From NCBI GenBank assembly GCA_973895155.1, contig OZ316894.1, forward strand, positions 11,153,892 through 11,217,891: a DNA stretch of 64,000 bases. Direction: 5' to 3'. Of this stretch, positions 1 through 12,769 are shown one piece after another. This stretch comes from Marsupella aquatica. Taxonomy: Eukaryota > Plantae > Marchantiophyta. The notes beneath the pieces were generated by a model. It made no database searches and was not told the DNA's origin. It worked only from the letters and a program-made list of their open reading frames with translations. The translations under genes were made by a program, and so were the position numbers. Position 1 is the stretch's first letter; the number at the start of each line of letters is the position of its first letter.

Positions 1-109
1 CCCCTCCCCTCACCGTTTTAGTTACATTTCCAATTTTAAAACTTAAATTCAAAGATTTATAAAAAATATTTTTCATATAATAAATAATGACTAATAACTA
101 ACTTGATAA

Positions 110-600
110 CTTCCTTATTAAACCACAACTCCCGGTATGTAAGGACCTCTCGTATTGTACGGCCATTAATGCTGGGAAGAGCACATGGAAACCCATGATC
201 GGGGAGGAGGAATGGTTGGAATCTTGAAAGTTCATCGAATTTTATACTCAAAACTATTTACTCATTCTCAGAACAAAAAATACCCAGTCGTAGATCTCAT
301 TGAGATCTTTCTTTTGCACCCTAGATCGCCTTCTAACATGGATGAATAAGATTTCTAGAGGCATTACAAAATGGACGACAAAGATCATAAAATCAACAAA
401 ATCAACGGCTAGGAAAGCTTGGATTTGTTTAATTTTTCATTTGAAAAATATTAACCCATTTGCAAAACGGACAGAACCCATCCATAGATCTATTTGAGAT
501 CTTTCTTTTGAGCCATAGATTGACCATTATGATGGACGGACGAGATTTCCGGAGATAAAAAATGGAGACAGCTCAGATCGGCTCTTCCCCCTGATTTTAT
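110..600. repeat. Dispersed repeat, copy A (probable non-autonomous TE fragment; may begin before the window)
   Basis: Colinear by eye with 25370-25920 (AAACCACAACTCC..., GTACGGCCAT..., GCTTGGATTTGTTT.ATTTTTCATTTG.AAA, CCCATCCATAGATCT). Contains the palindrome AGATCTCA-T-TGAGATCT at ~292 and a variant at ~486. Confidence 0.7.
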
Positions 601-998
601 TAGCCAAGGGGTCCACGAACTAATTTGTTGTGTCGGACAAGGACACATCTTGTCCGACAGTGAAAACCTGGATTAGTTGGGACTCGAGACAAATACCTAG
701 AGTCTCCTAGCCATAGTGGACCCCTCCCCTTCACCCCCTTTTTTCACATTATGGAACATTTTATGGTCTCAGGAAGATAGGACAAATACACTTCTCTTAG
801 TGTTTAAAATAAAACAAAATAAATATGTAATAGAAATGTCAGCAACATTCTAGGACCACTCCATGCTCCCACTCATTTGTGAGCAGAGTGACTTAGTAAG
901 GGCTCTGTGTTTGTCCTCAGGGAAAGGAACTGGGCCAGGAGGGCAAAGTACAGTAACCGATGTATTAAACTCTGGGAGTACAGCTGTAGCTACATCAC

Positions 999-1426
999 CT
1001 TAAAAACCCTGCTGGTAATCACACATCAAAATGTGGTTGCATTCATTGATTGAAAGGAAAAAATCTAGGGTTATCACGGTATGCATTCATTGATTGAAAG
1101 AAAAAACTAGGGTCTCAATGAAAGAAAAAAACTAGGGTTATCAGGTATGCATTCATTGATTGAAAGAAAAAAAATATGCATTCATTGATTGAAAGAAAAA
1201 AACTATGCATTCATTGATTGAAAGAAAATAACTAGGGTTATCAGGTATGCATTCATTGATTGAAAAAAAAAAACTAGGGTTATCAGGTATGCATTCATTG
1301 ATTGAAAGAAAAAAACTAGGGTTATCACTGTATGCAGGGGTGTTTTCCATAGTATATGTCATATTTTGATGTGCAGTTACCGAGACCCCCTTAGATTTTG
1401 ACGTGCAGTTACCGAGACCCCCTTAG
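999..1426. mobile_element. MITE-like element with imperfect TIRs and an internal tandem array
   Basis: Left GGTAATCACACATCAAAATGTG (to 1035) is an imperfect inverted repeat of right CATATTTTGATGTGCAGTTACC (from 1360). The right terminus is duplicated as 32-bp units (1363-1394, 1395-1426). A reverse-oriented relative lies at ~25180-25337. No TSD seen. Confidence 0.55.
1038..1336. repeat. Minisatellite, ~41-42-bp unit TGCATTCATTGATTGAAAGAAAAAAACTAGGGTTATCAGGTA with truncated variants
   Basis: About seven TGCATTCATTGATTGAAA cores read directly; no unique spacers. Confidence 0.95.
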
Positions 1427-4400
1427 AAAGGGTTCTCTTGTCCTTGTTCACCCTCGTATCTCTGCTTGCTGCCATGCACTATTACCTTGTTCCGCGTGTA
1501 GTGAGAGCTCTACGTAGAAAGTCCCTCTGTCCTCACGGGAAAGAAAAGGAGAGAAAACATTTTTGTCCTACATTGAGGAATCGAGGCTACTTCTCCGCTT
1601 TCTGCTCAGGCTGGTTGGCTCTCTGTAGCGTGCGCTTTTCCTTCTTTCCTGTTGGATTGGGTAGAATTGAGTATTGTATTGAATGGTGAATGGGTGGCAT
1701 GAAGGTAAACTAGCACCTGCAGAAGAAGGTTGGCGCTTTTAATTGGTACAATCTTTGTGGTTTTACTACAGCTATAACTAGCTTGCACTTGCGTAACTTT
1801 CTTGCTCCTTCCAGCTTGCCTAGATGTTGACCAAAAAAATTAGGTACTGTTTTAAGGATAGATGTGTTCATGGATTGCCACGAACCTTCTTTGGGAATCA
1901 GATTTAACCAGAGGCCCTCTGAATTTCCTTATGTCCCAATACTATGCCTACACATACATTTTGATTTCGTTAGAAAGTTCTATAATAGAGTAACCGATCA
2001 ATTGTGAGAGCTGAATTGTAGAACTTTCTCTCTTTTGAACTACCTGTTGTGCTGTCGGTGTTTGTGTCAACTCGTTGTTTATTTCTTTCCTCTCCGTGCA
2101 GTTCCAATTCGTTCCGTTTATGATACGTCGTCTTGTCCACGCGTTTCTAGGTGACCCTTTAGATTCCTTTCGTCTTCGAGAACAAGTTTGCACGTCGAAG
2201 CTTTGTTGTGCTTTTGTTGTGATTAGTGAGGTCCTTTTGTATGGACATCTCGATTCACTTTCTTCCACCTATTTGCTTGTCAACCTTGTAACGACCATTC
2301 GTTTTCTCCCAACAGTGTAAGCAGAAATATGTTGAGAAAATTCTGAGAACGATCTTTCCACAGCTTGCTCCCTGGCTTGCTCTACTTTGTGGTGTGAAGC
2401 AAAATAATCCTGAGATTGATGGGTCAAAGGTATCTTTAATGTTCGAAAACGTCATCAACTCCTGAAACCAGTGCACCGGAAAAAATTGTATTGCTCATCA
2501 ATCACTGCAATTTGCACTCTTGTGAATGTAGTTGTAGAGTTCAACGCAACTGAAAAGCTCGCCAACATACCCACTGCGCCTAACTCCCCTTGTTCCCTAC
2601 TTTAAGTATCCCGCAATCCACTTACTCATCCCCGGCGCTTTTAGAATTTCATCTCTCATCCACATCATCAGTGACACCTTAGTTCTCTTTTATGGAAAGA
2701 TAGCCCGAGATACTAGACTCCCGACGGATTGAATAGAATGTGTGAACGTCTTATGGGGGTGTCTGAACCCGGGAGAGCCAAATATTTGGCAACTCCAACA
2801 CTACCAAAGAATTACTCATCTTCTTTTGCCCGCAGCGCAACACGAGTGCAGGGCTATAATCACATACCAACATCAAACCGCGATCGGAATAAGTCAACGA
2901 TAGGATTATGACTAATAATGCACAAATCATTGCATAGTGAAATTCAATTTTGCAATACACCGTCTGCCGGAATCGTAACACGATGATGGAATCGCAACGA
3001 CGTCATGCGCGTCGTCAGGAACGAAATATTTTCATTTGTCATACCGCTGACCCACGAACAAGGATCGTTTGGTGTCAGACAAACATCCAAATATATAAAA
3101 CTTCCCACCTCTGGCCCCACATCCAGAAGTTTATTTACAGTAGGTTCTTTGATTCTCGCACGCTCTTGCCATTGCCTGTGGCCGAGCACATCATGCACAC
3201 ATATGTGTACTTGACCACTGCCAATTCACCAATCTCCTCTCCCGATACACCTGTTTTTCCATTTCAACGAATGACTCTGAAGACAGATGGGAGTTGACAG
3301 TACCAAACACTCCGTATCTAGTTCCCCAGTGAGTTTACTCGCTCTCAGTGTAATAAGTATCTTGCGGAGAAATTAGAGCAACCTACTCCAGTTCTCTGCT
3401 GCAGCTACTTCAGAACGACAATGTTGACAAGCAATTGCCAGTACACTTCACAATCATGAAATGACGTCTTTGACAGTACTGTTTGACTTCTCCGTAATAG
3501 CTTCTTCCTGAGCTCAGCTGATGTAAGACACATTGTGATCAAGAAAAGATGGAAGCTAGAGACTGCGCGACAAGCGTCAAACGAATAATTATGAATATAT
3601 ATCTTTTAAAATTGGAAAAAGTGCCCATGTGGTCTTCATGTAATGTCATGTCATTACAATGCACGTGTTGGACTCAAAATACACATGAATCACGTACATG
3701 ATTTACATTGATACAACCATTTCGTCCAGGTTCTTCGGACCAGGTCAAGAGGAGCTAATCTCCTTGGCACAGAAGCTGGTGTCTTCTAAGTTGGTGTGAT
3801 GAATATCGGAGATCACATACCTTTCCTCAGGACATTGGTAGGTTACCGAAAGCGGAACAAATCAGTAAGGAAACTAATGTTGTGGTGATTGTCATATTGG
3901 AGGAACAAAAGGCAGCTGCAGCAGTTCAGGGTACTTTATTAACTTGCACATCATCCGTAGCTCCGAGTGTCGAATACTCAATTCCTGGCTGGTCGACTAT
4001 GTTCCAAATAAATCCCCCCCACCTCACACTAAAGGTTAATTGCATATGGGGGAGATGTGTGCCATTGTGATTTTTCAGAAACTACAGTAAGTACCTCTGA
4101 AGCTAGGGGCGACTCCGCGCGAGCCTGGCTCCTTGATAGATAAATTCAAGTGGAAATTTTTTATTGACTTGTTGCCCGACTCGGCGATTATATCTTTGAC
4201 TCTATATATGTGGGCACCCGATGGGTTCTTTATACGTAGTCTCTGCCGTTGCAACAATCAGTAAGAGCATCATGAACTTACCTTCTAGGGGCGTTGATTG
4301 GTGCTTTCAAAAAAATGACTGGGTGGATCCGATTCTCAATATTGTATTATTTTTGATAACCGTGCTTCCTGCTCATCGAACTGGAAATCCGTACGAAGAA

Positions 4401-4805
4401 GAGTGAAGGGAAACGTACCGATCCATGACCAGCTAGACGATTCTCATAGACTTCTGCCAATATCAGATGATTGAGACACGGATGCATGGAAAGTCTGAGA
4501 TCTTGGTGTATTGAGGGGCTGTCCCGGAAATTTTCTGTTGAATTCAACTAGAATCAACGAGCGTCAGACTGGACAAGAATGATCAGATTCCAACAAATTT
4601 ATGCCATCAAATTGGACAGGAAAAGCAACGGGCGATAAGTCAGCTATTCGGCGAAAACTTGATGCAACTTATATGATACCGCAAAATAATGCAATATGTA
4701 CAACCACGGTCCTGTTCAACAAATTATATGTAAGCTGAATATAGTCGAGACGGATCTACAAATGGTAGAGATCTTTGCAGCCTAGACAACTTCTTAGTGG
4801 AAGGA

Positions 4806-5915
4806 TCATTCGAGGTTGGGCAAGTCGTCAAAACTCCAGAGTGGAATGGCGCGGTAATCAAAGCAGATAGAATCCATTCCACCACACTGCCAAAACTCTT
4901 GTGATCTCAACTGCCTCCCCAGTTCCTCTTCTAGTATGGCATCAATGGAAGCCCCATCGTGGCGAAAATCAATCACATCTGTAACAGTGGACATCGTATC
5001 ATCACCGCCTAGGGAGCCACTATGATCTACGCACATATCAGGATCTGTCGCCTCCTTCCCTGTATGACTAATCTTGCCTCCTTCGACGCTGACCATCGAT
5101 CCGGAGTGCATATCAGGTCCTTGTACACTGAGGGGTCTGCAGTTCTGGCTGCTGTCTGCAGACGAAGACGGAGCGGCATGAACGCTGACGGGGGACTCTA
5201 CCTCTACTGCTCGGACAACGGCGTTGCCACCACGATGCTTGGGATTGGCTACTGTCTTCGGATTCGCTAGGGCGGGCCATTCATCCGGATAGTTCAACTT
5301 CGCCTTCCTCCCGCGAATCCTTCGAGCTTCTCTATCGTATGCGCGCGCCGCCAATTCGGGAGTCGGGAAAGTGCCAAGCCAGACTCGCACTCCTTTCGAT
5401 GGATCACGAATCTCTGCAGCCCACTTACCCCATGGCCGTCGTCTCACGCCTCGGTAATGCTTCTTCACTTCCACAGCATTTGCACTTCCGCAGTTCAGAA
5501 TTGTGGAGATTTCCGCCGCCAGTGCTGCGGCTTGAGGCACTTCAAGCTCCTCGGAACCTGATTTGTCATCGCTCCTCTCACCTGCACTCCAAGCACTCGA
5601 TCCGCCAGGCAAAGAAACCCCAGACGGCGTGGAAGTCTCCACCCCTTCCTCCCGAATCGAAGACAAGTCTCCTCCATAGCATCGCAATCTCGAGAAGCCT
5701 CCATCGTGCACAGCAGCGGCTTCCAGATCTATCAATTGACATGTGCTCTCCGCCGCTCCTGCCGAGCTAGAGGAAACCATGCAGACCCCATTTTCGCTTT
5801 CCTCATCACGCCTCGAGACAGACGACCAGACTCCATCGCTGCGGTTCCCTTCGAGAGCAGAATTAGTACCACAGTCTCCACTGCCTTGATTGTAATTCAC
5901 GCGCTCCTCCACCAT
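4806..5915 (-). CDS. AP2/ERF transcription factor, ERF group VII-like domain, 369 aa, intronless
   Basis: AP2 domain [58 protein letters not shown] and C-terminal LWSFDD motif, both typical of RAP2.2/RAP2.3-type ERFs. Confidence 0.93.
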   Translation of the reverse strand: MVEERVNYNQGSGDCGTNSALEGNRSDGVWSSVSRRDEESENGVCMVSSSSAGAAESTCQLIDLEAAAVHDGGFSRLRCYGGDLSSIREEGVETSTPSGVSLPGGSSAWSAGERSDDKSGSEELEVPQAAALAAEISTILNCGSANAVEVKKHYRGVRRRPWGKWAAEIRDPSKGVRVWLGTFPTPELAARAYDREARRIRGRKAKLNYPDEWPALANPKTVANPKHRGGNAVVRAVEVESPVSVHAAPSSSADSSQNCRPLSVQGPDMHSGSMVSVEGGKISHTGKEATDPDMCVDHSGSLGGDDTMSTVTDVIDFRHDGASIDAILEEELGRQLRSQEFWQCGGMDSICFDYRAIPLWSFDDLPNLE

Positions 5916-6062
5916 CGTTCTCTAAATCTCTGATCGTTCACAATGTTCGGTTTCCGTCGCCGCCTATCTCTGCTCTCGTGCCGGCCACGCGCCTCCGGAG
6001 CAAAAGTACTAACGATACCCTGAAATGTGCTAGGGCACCAGTACCCCCGATTTTGTCCAACT

Positions 6063-6071
6063 TGACGTGGC
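6063..6071. promoter_or_regulatory. ABRE/G-box-like motif TGACGTGGC ~150 bp upstream of the ERF start codon
   Basis: Exact ACGTGGC core in the proximal upstream region. A short motif, so it could be chance. Confidence 0.3.
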
Positions 6072-6457
6072 GGCCTCTGGATCAGCTAGAGGCGTGTGGC
6101 ATGCACGAACCACACCCGCCAGCTCATTCCCGCTGGATAAGGCGAAGCGTGACCTGCTTGTTGGCACGGGACAGGGGGATCTTTTGGGGGCAGGGGGGCA
6201 TCTTTTGGTGATTTCGTCAATCTTGCATCTAGGGGTCCTTTTGTCGTCATTTTTCCTACTCGATTTTTCCTTCGTTGGCAGTAGGGACACTTTCGTAATT
6301 TTTGGCAACAGGGATCTTCTGTCAATTTTTTAAAACTTCTTCTATTAGGGGGTTTCAAATATCAAAATTTGATGGACCTTAAATACTAAGTTACTCACAT
6401 AAAAGGTTGTGCATAATTATCAAATTCATAGTCCATTACTTCATGCCATAAAGATTG

Positions 6458-6796
6458 TGTTAAGGAAAACACTAGCACCCCTGCACAAGACACCAGCAAC
6501 CAAACATTACATAGACTTCATAGATTCATGGTTCATCTTCATCAAGGTAGGTTATGTCCTCGGGAATACAAGAGCTTTATTAAACTTTGAATGACCACCA
6601 TAGCCACACCAAGTTTCAAAGTACAAACTCCTATGTTCCTCTCCAAGCTACTTTGCTCTCTTACGAATGAGCATGAGTCTCACTAAGGAGCTGTCTCCAG
6701 CTCTTCTACATGCTAGGCAAGTCTAACCCCCAATCTAACCATGGTTAAGCTCCTAACTCTAGCTAGACTAATTGTGATTAACCTGGGATTAAGACA
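6458..6796 (-). mobile_element. Solo LTR of a copia family related to the 42359-49523 element
   Basis: TGTT...ACA ends, 339 bp. GATTCATGGTTCATCTTC...GGTTATGTCCTCGGGAATACAAGAGCTTTA matches the LTR segment GATACGTGGTTCACCTCC...GGCTACGTCCACGGGAACACACAAGAGCTTTA; TAGACTAA.TGTG.TTA is shared near the other end. Degenerate TSD GATTG/GATGG. Confidence 0.8.
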
Positions 6797-8181
6797 GATG
6801 GTCATATGTCATGACCATAAGTCACTGTCGAGGCTAAATAGTGAGAAAAAACAAAAAAACATTTCTATGACCCTATGAAAATGCTATGGCCATTTGCTTC
6901 TTGCCAAAAGTCATCATCTACAACTTTGAAGCTTTGAGACTCTCTTGAACCATTTCTTGATGGTGTGTATGATGTGTCACGGGTCTTTAGTCCGAAGCTT
7001 GAACCAAACTTGGTTAACAATTTTTTAAGCCAGACCCCCAAAAACCCAAACTCTGCTTTGCAAAAACTCAGGCAGGCGGGAACTTGGGATCCTTCTATAA
7101 AGTTTTTGGCTCTGGGGCAGTTGGGCAGACAAGATAGTATAATTTGTCAATTTTGCCTCTTGGGGAGTGGAGGGATTGTTTTGCAATTATTTGTTCTCTT
7201 GGGTAAATGGAATTCACTACTCTTTTAGTGGGAAAACGGTACAATGAGAATCAGTAATTCTTCCTTCTTGGTCCCATTAGCATCAAACAAGAAGGTCTAT
7301 TAGTCACAACTGATTAGTTTCTTTCAATCTAGGGATTTAATGATCAGGAATAAATTCATTTACATAAAAGTCTTCTTCCTATCTTCACGTTGACACAAGG
7401 TACCATGAACTTGGTCAAGAGCAAGTCAACTTTGATTCTAGGGCCGGGTGGCCGTCGGGTGGATAGTTTTGTCATTATTGGATGGGAATTCATGAGCCAT
7501 GCAGGATCAGGAACCTTTAAGGCTGTCTTGCAAGTGATGGCCCTTGAGTTTCTGGCTCTCAATATACACTGAGTGAGATATTTATGCCTCAACCTCCTCT
7601 TTAGGCAGACTTGACAACATATGTGATAGATAACCAGGGCAGTAATTAAAGTGATAGACAACCAAGGGCTGGAAACTTTCTGGCTCCTGGGTACTAAACC
7701 TTGAAAAGTAAACAAAAATAAATAAATTCACATGTGCCAAAGTTCACACATAACAATGCTACAAGTCTGTGAAGCTGGTATATGCTATATGATGAATTCA
7801 CCTTTCAGATTTTGTCTTATTCAGATTCTTGTGTCATGTATTTTTATTTCAATGTGCCTTATCAAGGGGCAGCCTTTGTATCACATACATTTTTAATTAA
7901 TTTTTAGACCCCTTTAATTTTAGGTATTCTAGAGTATTTTGAATTTATTTTAGCAGCCCCCTTATAAATTTTTGAAGTTTGTGATCTTTTAGAAATGAAA
8001 CCAAGGGTTCCCACCACTTGAACAAAGTATTTTCATGAGTGAGAGAAATGGTTTTGAATAACATGAACACATATTGTCTTAAGTTCCCCGCATGTCTTCT
8101 TTTCCTAAGTTTATGGTTTTTTTTATTGAAATGAGTGTCATTCATAAGGCACATTGAATTAAGTGCACAATCCTAGCATTC

Positions 8182-8352
8182 TTGTGTCATAAACTTGACT
8201 GTAATTTTCATTGGTCAGTATGGTAGCACTTTAATTACATTAGTTTATCCTTCTAGTTATGTTGTGTCATAAAACTTGATTGTATTTTTCATTGGTCACT
8301 GTGATTTTCTTGGCAGACACGTTACTTACATTATTTTATCCTTCTAGTTATG
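8182..8352. repeat. Two-copy tandem duplication (~80-90 bp)
   Basis: TTGTGTCATAAA(A)CTTGA.TGTA.TTTTCATTGGTCA...TTACATTA.TTTATCCTTCTAGTTATG occurs twice. Confidence 0.85.
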
Positions 8353-9084
8353 CTCTCATATTTTATTTACTTTCAAATCACTAGAAGACAAAAAAATCAA
8401 GCATGTTCCAGGATGAGCATGCTATATGGAGAATGTTTAGGGTTTAGGGTTTACACCTTTGCCCTCAAAGGAGTGTTAAGTGCCTTAATTAAAAGAGAGG
8501 ACTACTGTAGCTCTTGACATGCATGACCACCCGTAGACCAATTTTGGGTCTTCGGCACTAAGAATCCTTCTCGGACAGTTGGGCTCCTTTGGTCATAATT
8601 ATTTTACGTGGGGCAGTTGGTAGTCGTGCTGGCTCCTGTTATCAGTCAGCATAGATTTTACCATAAAAATAAACATTATACCAAAACATGATACAATCTT
8701 GATATAATATTTACGGACCCCCATTAGGGGTCTCTTGAAAATTCTCTGCCATGAGGTTGCGCCACATCACCACAACCAGCCACAAACAGGAATGATCCTA
8801 CTTTTAACAAAAACAAACGTGCACATTCTTGTTTGTGGCAGAAGCAACGTAATTTTTTGGGCACCATGCCATAAATATTAAACGTAAGAAAAACCAAAAT
8901 ACAAAGGAACAGATGTCATTTAGTAAAACAAAGTTACTATTTTGATGTTTGTTAAAGATATATCAGTGTTTTATATCAAAATGTTTGTATTTTTTAATTG
9001 TTTGCAAGTTTGAAAAAACCAATGGATAGAAATGTACATAGTTAAAACCCCTTTGGCTTCACATTGTAAAACTAAATAATAAAT

Positions 9085-9550
9085 CTCGTTAGTACTTGAT
9101 AAAATCTTCCAATGTTTGATTCATTGGAAAACTCAAGATAAAGATTTAAAAACTCGTGACCTCTTTAGTAATGTCTTGATAAAATATCTCAATGTCACAC
9201 TCATTGGAAAGCTAGAGTAAAATTAAAAACTCATCATCTCCTTAGTACTTGACAAAATCTATCAATGTTAGGTTCATTGGCAAGCTACATGATCTCTCTG
9301 TTTCTTGACAAATAATCTCAATGTCACACATTAGAAAGCTAAAGAGACTGAAAACCTCCTGATCTCTTTAGTACCGTGACAAAATTTGACATGAAATTTG
9401 TCAATATTGGATTCAATGTTGAAAAGCTAAAAGAATTCATGAACTCATGATCAAAATTTCTTATACTCACACTCATTGGAAAGGCAAAGAAATTCAAAAA
9501 CTCATATGGAACTTGACAAAATTTGTCAATGTGAGGCTCATTGGAAACCT
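9085..9550. repeat. Degenerate minisatellite, ~70-80-bp unit
   Basis: Recurring CTTGA(C/T)AAAAT..CAATGT....TCATTGGAAA..AAAAACTC motifs, about six copies. Confidence 0.7.
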
Positions 9551-10937
9551 TTTCTCGATTAAGAGATATCACAATCTCGTCATCATCACAAACTTAGCCA
9601 CTACAAATTGATTTCTTTGATTACGTCGTCAACGCTTGTCCACAATGCTTGCTTCCTGGCTTGAATTGTTTGCATCTTTTAGATAGTCTTCAACTAAAGC
9701 TCACTCTGAACACAGGTTGACGCCAAATGTAGCCTTTATGTCAAAGAAACAATTGTTGGTCTTTCCCTCACACCATAGATTTCTTAAATAAAATTAACTA
9801 CAAATCCTTTGTGTGAAGTGTTGGCTCATTCGTTTTGTGTGTTCTTCCCACCGAATTGACAAGCGCTTTTTCGCCAACAGCTGAGTGTTGTACTCCAGTC
9901 TGTCTTGTGGTGGTAATGTTCAATGTAAATCACAAACAATCAATCAAGAATGGTTAAAAGATGATTTCTCCAATGTGTGAGCAAAACCTGTAAAAAAACT
10001 CAATTCCTCCACATTCAACCTTCCGTTTGATAAATCTCTATCTTTTGAGCATTTTTTTTGTACAAGCACACACCAACACCATAGGGAGACTCAAAACCGT
10101 CGGTTACCGCCTTGCTGAAAATTGATCTCACTTAATCACACACACATTCCTTGGATGAACATGGGGTCCACGGATTAATTACCAGCCGCGATTACCCTTT
10201 CTTTGAATATGAATAACAGAGAAAACAATAAAGATGTCACCAAAACATATTCTTTATTTATAGTTTTGAAAGTTAATGAAATGATAAAGAAAAATATCAT
10301 GCATATCATCATTTTAATAATTATGCATAACATACCATACTCTTTTCTATGCACATCACTCTTTCTATGCACATATGTTATGGTGGGGCCATAGAGCTCA
10401 TTTTTAAAAATAAATTAAAATTATGACAAAAAGCATCCATGATTATCATTTGACATACATCATAGTCATGAGTTTTCACATCAATGCTCTAGAAGGCTTC
10501 ACTCTAGAGGCCTAGGCCCTAACTCCAACTTGTAATTGGCACTATATAAGTAAGATTGTTATCCATAATAAATAAAAATACTTTTCTTCGAGTCTGCCCC
10601 TAATCACCTTTTGAAGAATTTCTATCAAGGGCTTTTCCCGTACTTGAGGTCCCAAACTTTAAAAACTGAATAGAACAAAAACCAATTAATGCATAATAAA
10701 ATGACAGATTCTGTGCAAATTGAAATCCAATTTGGCCCCACAACGAGTGCTACGGGCCTTAAGAAAAGGGCTCTTGACATGCAAGACTGCCAAGACCCAA
10801 AATTCTTAAACTAACCTTAGGTAGCATGTGGGACAGGAATCACATTTATTGTTGCCAAGTGGATCCCACCAATTCAATGTTGTCCATTATTGCACCCTAT
10901 CCATTGTAGTATTGCACACATAAAGTGAAGATATGAG

Positions 10938-11875
10938 GAGATATATGCTTGATGGGCCCCCTGGTGAACCTTTCTTACCTGATGGGACCCCTCTTAATGA
11001 CCAATACATTTGTTCTTGTGTGGTGCCTACACCTGTCCTTGTGTGGTGCCTACATAATATGGTGACTCCAAGCAAACTGCACAGTTGAACCGTGCGGTCG
11101 ACTTTACATGGTCGACCAAGAAACCACAAAGATTATTCGGGAAAAACCGGGAAAAGCGACTGCCGCTGTCGAAACTGCGATTTGAAGACAATATGCATTA
11201 TGTCTTTGGATTCACTGGGTTAATGCCTGAAGACACAATGGATTATGTCTTCGGGTTCAAACTTTTACCGTATCGTGGGGTAGTTATTAGGTATGTTTTT
11301 CACGTTGTGCACATGGGTTTTTCATAATGTTTTCATGCATGACTGTCAGCGTCAGTGTGGGGTACCTCCAAATGTCCACAAAGAATATTCAAGTTCAATG
11401 TTCAGAATTTTCCTACTATCGCCACAACAAAATTTGGCAAATGATTGACAATTGCGCTAAAAAAATGGTAATACTCCCTGTGCAATGCATACAAACAATT
11501 TCAAAAGAAGACAGACCCAAAGGTGTCGGGGTACACCCTAAACCTTGAAACACGGGAAGACATAATCCATTGAGTCTTTAGGCATTAACCCATTGAATCC
11601 GAAGACATAATGCATATTGTCTTCAAATCATAGTTTTGACAACGGCAATCACTTTTCGTGGTTTCTCGGTCGACCATGCAAGGTTGACCGCACGGTTCAA
11701 GTGTGCAGGTTGCTTGGAGTCACCATACATAGTAGGCACCACACAAGGACAGGTGTAGGCACCACACAAGAACAGGTGTACTGGTCATTAAGAGGGGTCC
11801 TACTTGGTAAAAAAAGTTACCTAGGGGCCCATCAGGTAAGAAAGGTTCACCAGGGGCCCATCAAACATATATCTC
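10938..11875. mobile_element. Non-autonomous Mutator-like element (MULE), 938 bp
   Basis: Long TIRs (~10938-11252 and ~11556-11875) starting GAGATATATG and ending CATATATCTC; exact 9-bp TSD AGATATGAG at 10929-10937 and 11876-11884; no transposase ORF. Confidence 0.92.
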
Positions 11876-12769
11876 AGATATGAGGGGTGTATGTCTTGAC
11901 ATGTTCTATTGCTACCTAGGGTGGGTGGACACTAGTCATCCCAGCAAACATAGTCCATGGGTGCAATCTTTGGTGAGGCCAGTGATGTTTGAATTCAAGC
12001 TTGATAAGTGCATTAGATTTTGCACAACCCCCATCCCAAAATGAGGTTTAAGGAAGCCCTTTGCATATAAAATACTTGACACTTAGACAAAGTGGAGGTC
12101 ACTATTTTAGAGCATTGCTACTCCTATTCACCCACTAACTGCCAAATGAACCAGATGGAAAGAAGATTTGACAATTGATGCATCTATCTAAACAATATTC
12201 AGAAGTAGTGCTCCCTAACCCATATCTTTAAATATTTAGAAGTCATGTTCCTATTCACTTGCAAAATGCAAAAATAATGAACCAGATGGAGAGAAAAAAA
12301 TTGACAATTGCCCTCTCAAATCCAAATCTCTAAATATTTACAAGTCATGTTCCAAATATATCCAAACTGTCATGAGCAACTGCGCATCTCAAAATTCAAC
12401 AGATGTGACAAATTATTTGTCATTTGAGTTGCATTTCCACAACCTAGCCAACAACTAGGCTCCAATGATGGCCTGGTGAGAACTCAGACTAGACTCCCTA
12501 GTGTAAAAGTGTAAAATGTAATCAAAAGCTAGTCCCTGGGCCTACGGTCTAGAGGGAAACATAACATTTAGCATAACTAAAAATGCATGAGAGTGCTAAC
12601 TAAGAGCATAAGTGAAAGTGAGGGTGCACACATGAAAGTGAGAGTGCTAACTAAGAGCGTAACTGAAAGGGAGGGTACACACAAAAACCAAACGAGGGAG
12701 AGAAATGAAAGGGAAACAGCTAGGAATCAATTTTTTTGTACAATCTCTATTTAAGTTCCAGTAATCAGG

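Noticed and set aside
5022-5933. Plus-strand ORFs over the ERF gene (and 22195-22713 over the P450)
   Set aside because: Antisense shadows of real coding sequence.
8436-8453. Interstitial telomere repeat TTTAGGG
   Set aside because: Only ~2.5 units; short telo-box-like motifs are common in plant genomes.
9085-9550. Decayed LRR-coding repeat
   Set aside because: Unit length varies and no frame gives a consistent LxxLxL pattern; kept only as a minisatellite.
10887-11883. Pair of similar ORFs on opposite strands (WFLGRPCKVDRTVQ...); likewise 33791-34249 and 34246-34545
   Set aside because: By-products of the terminal inverted repeats; no recognisable protein domain.
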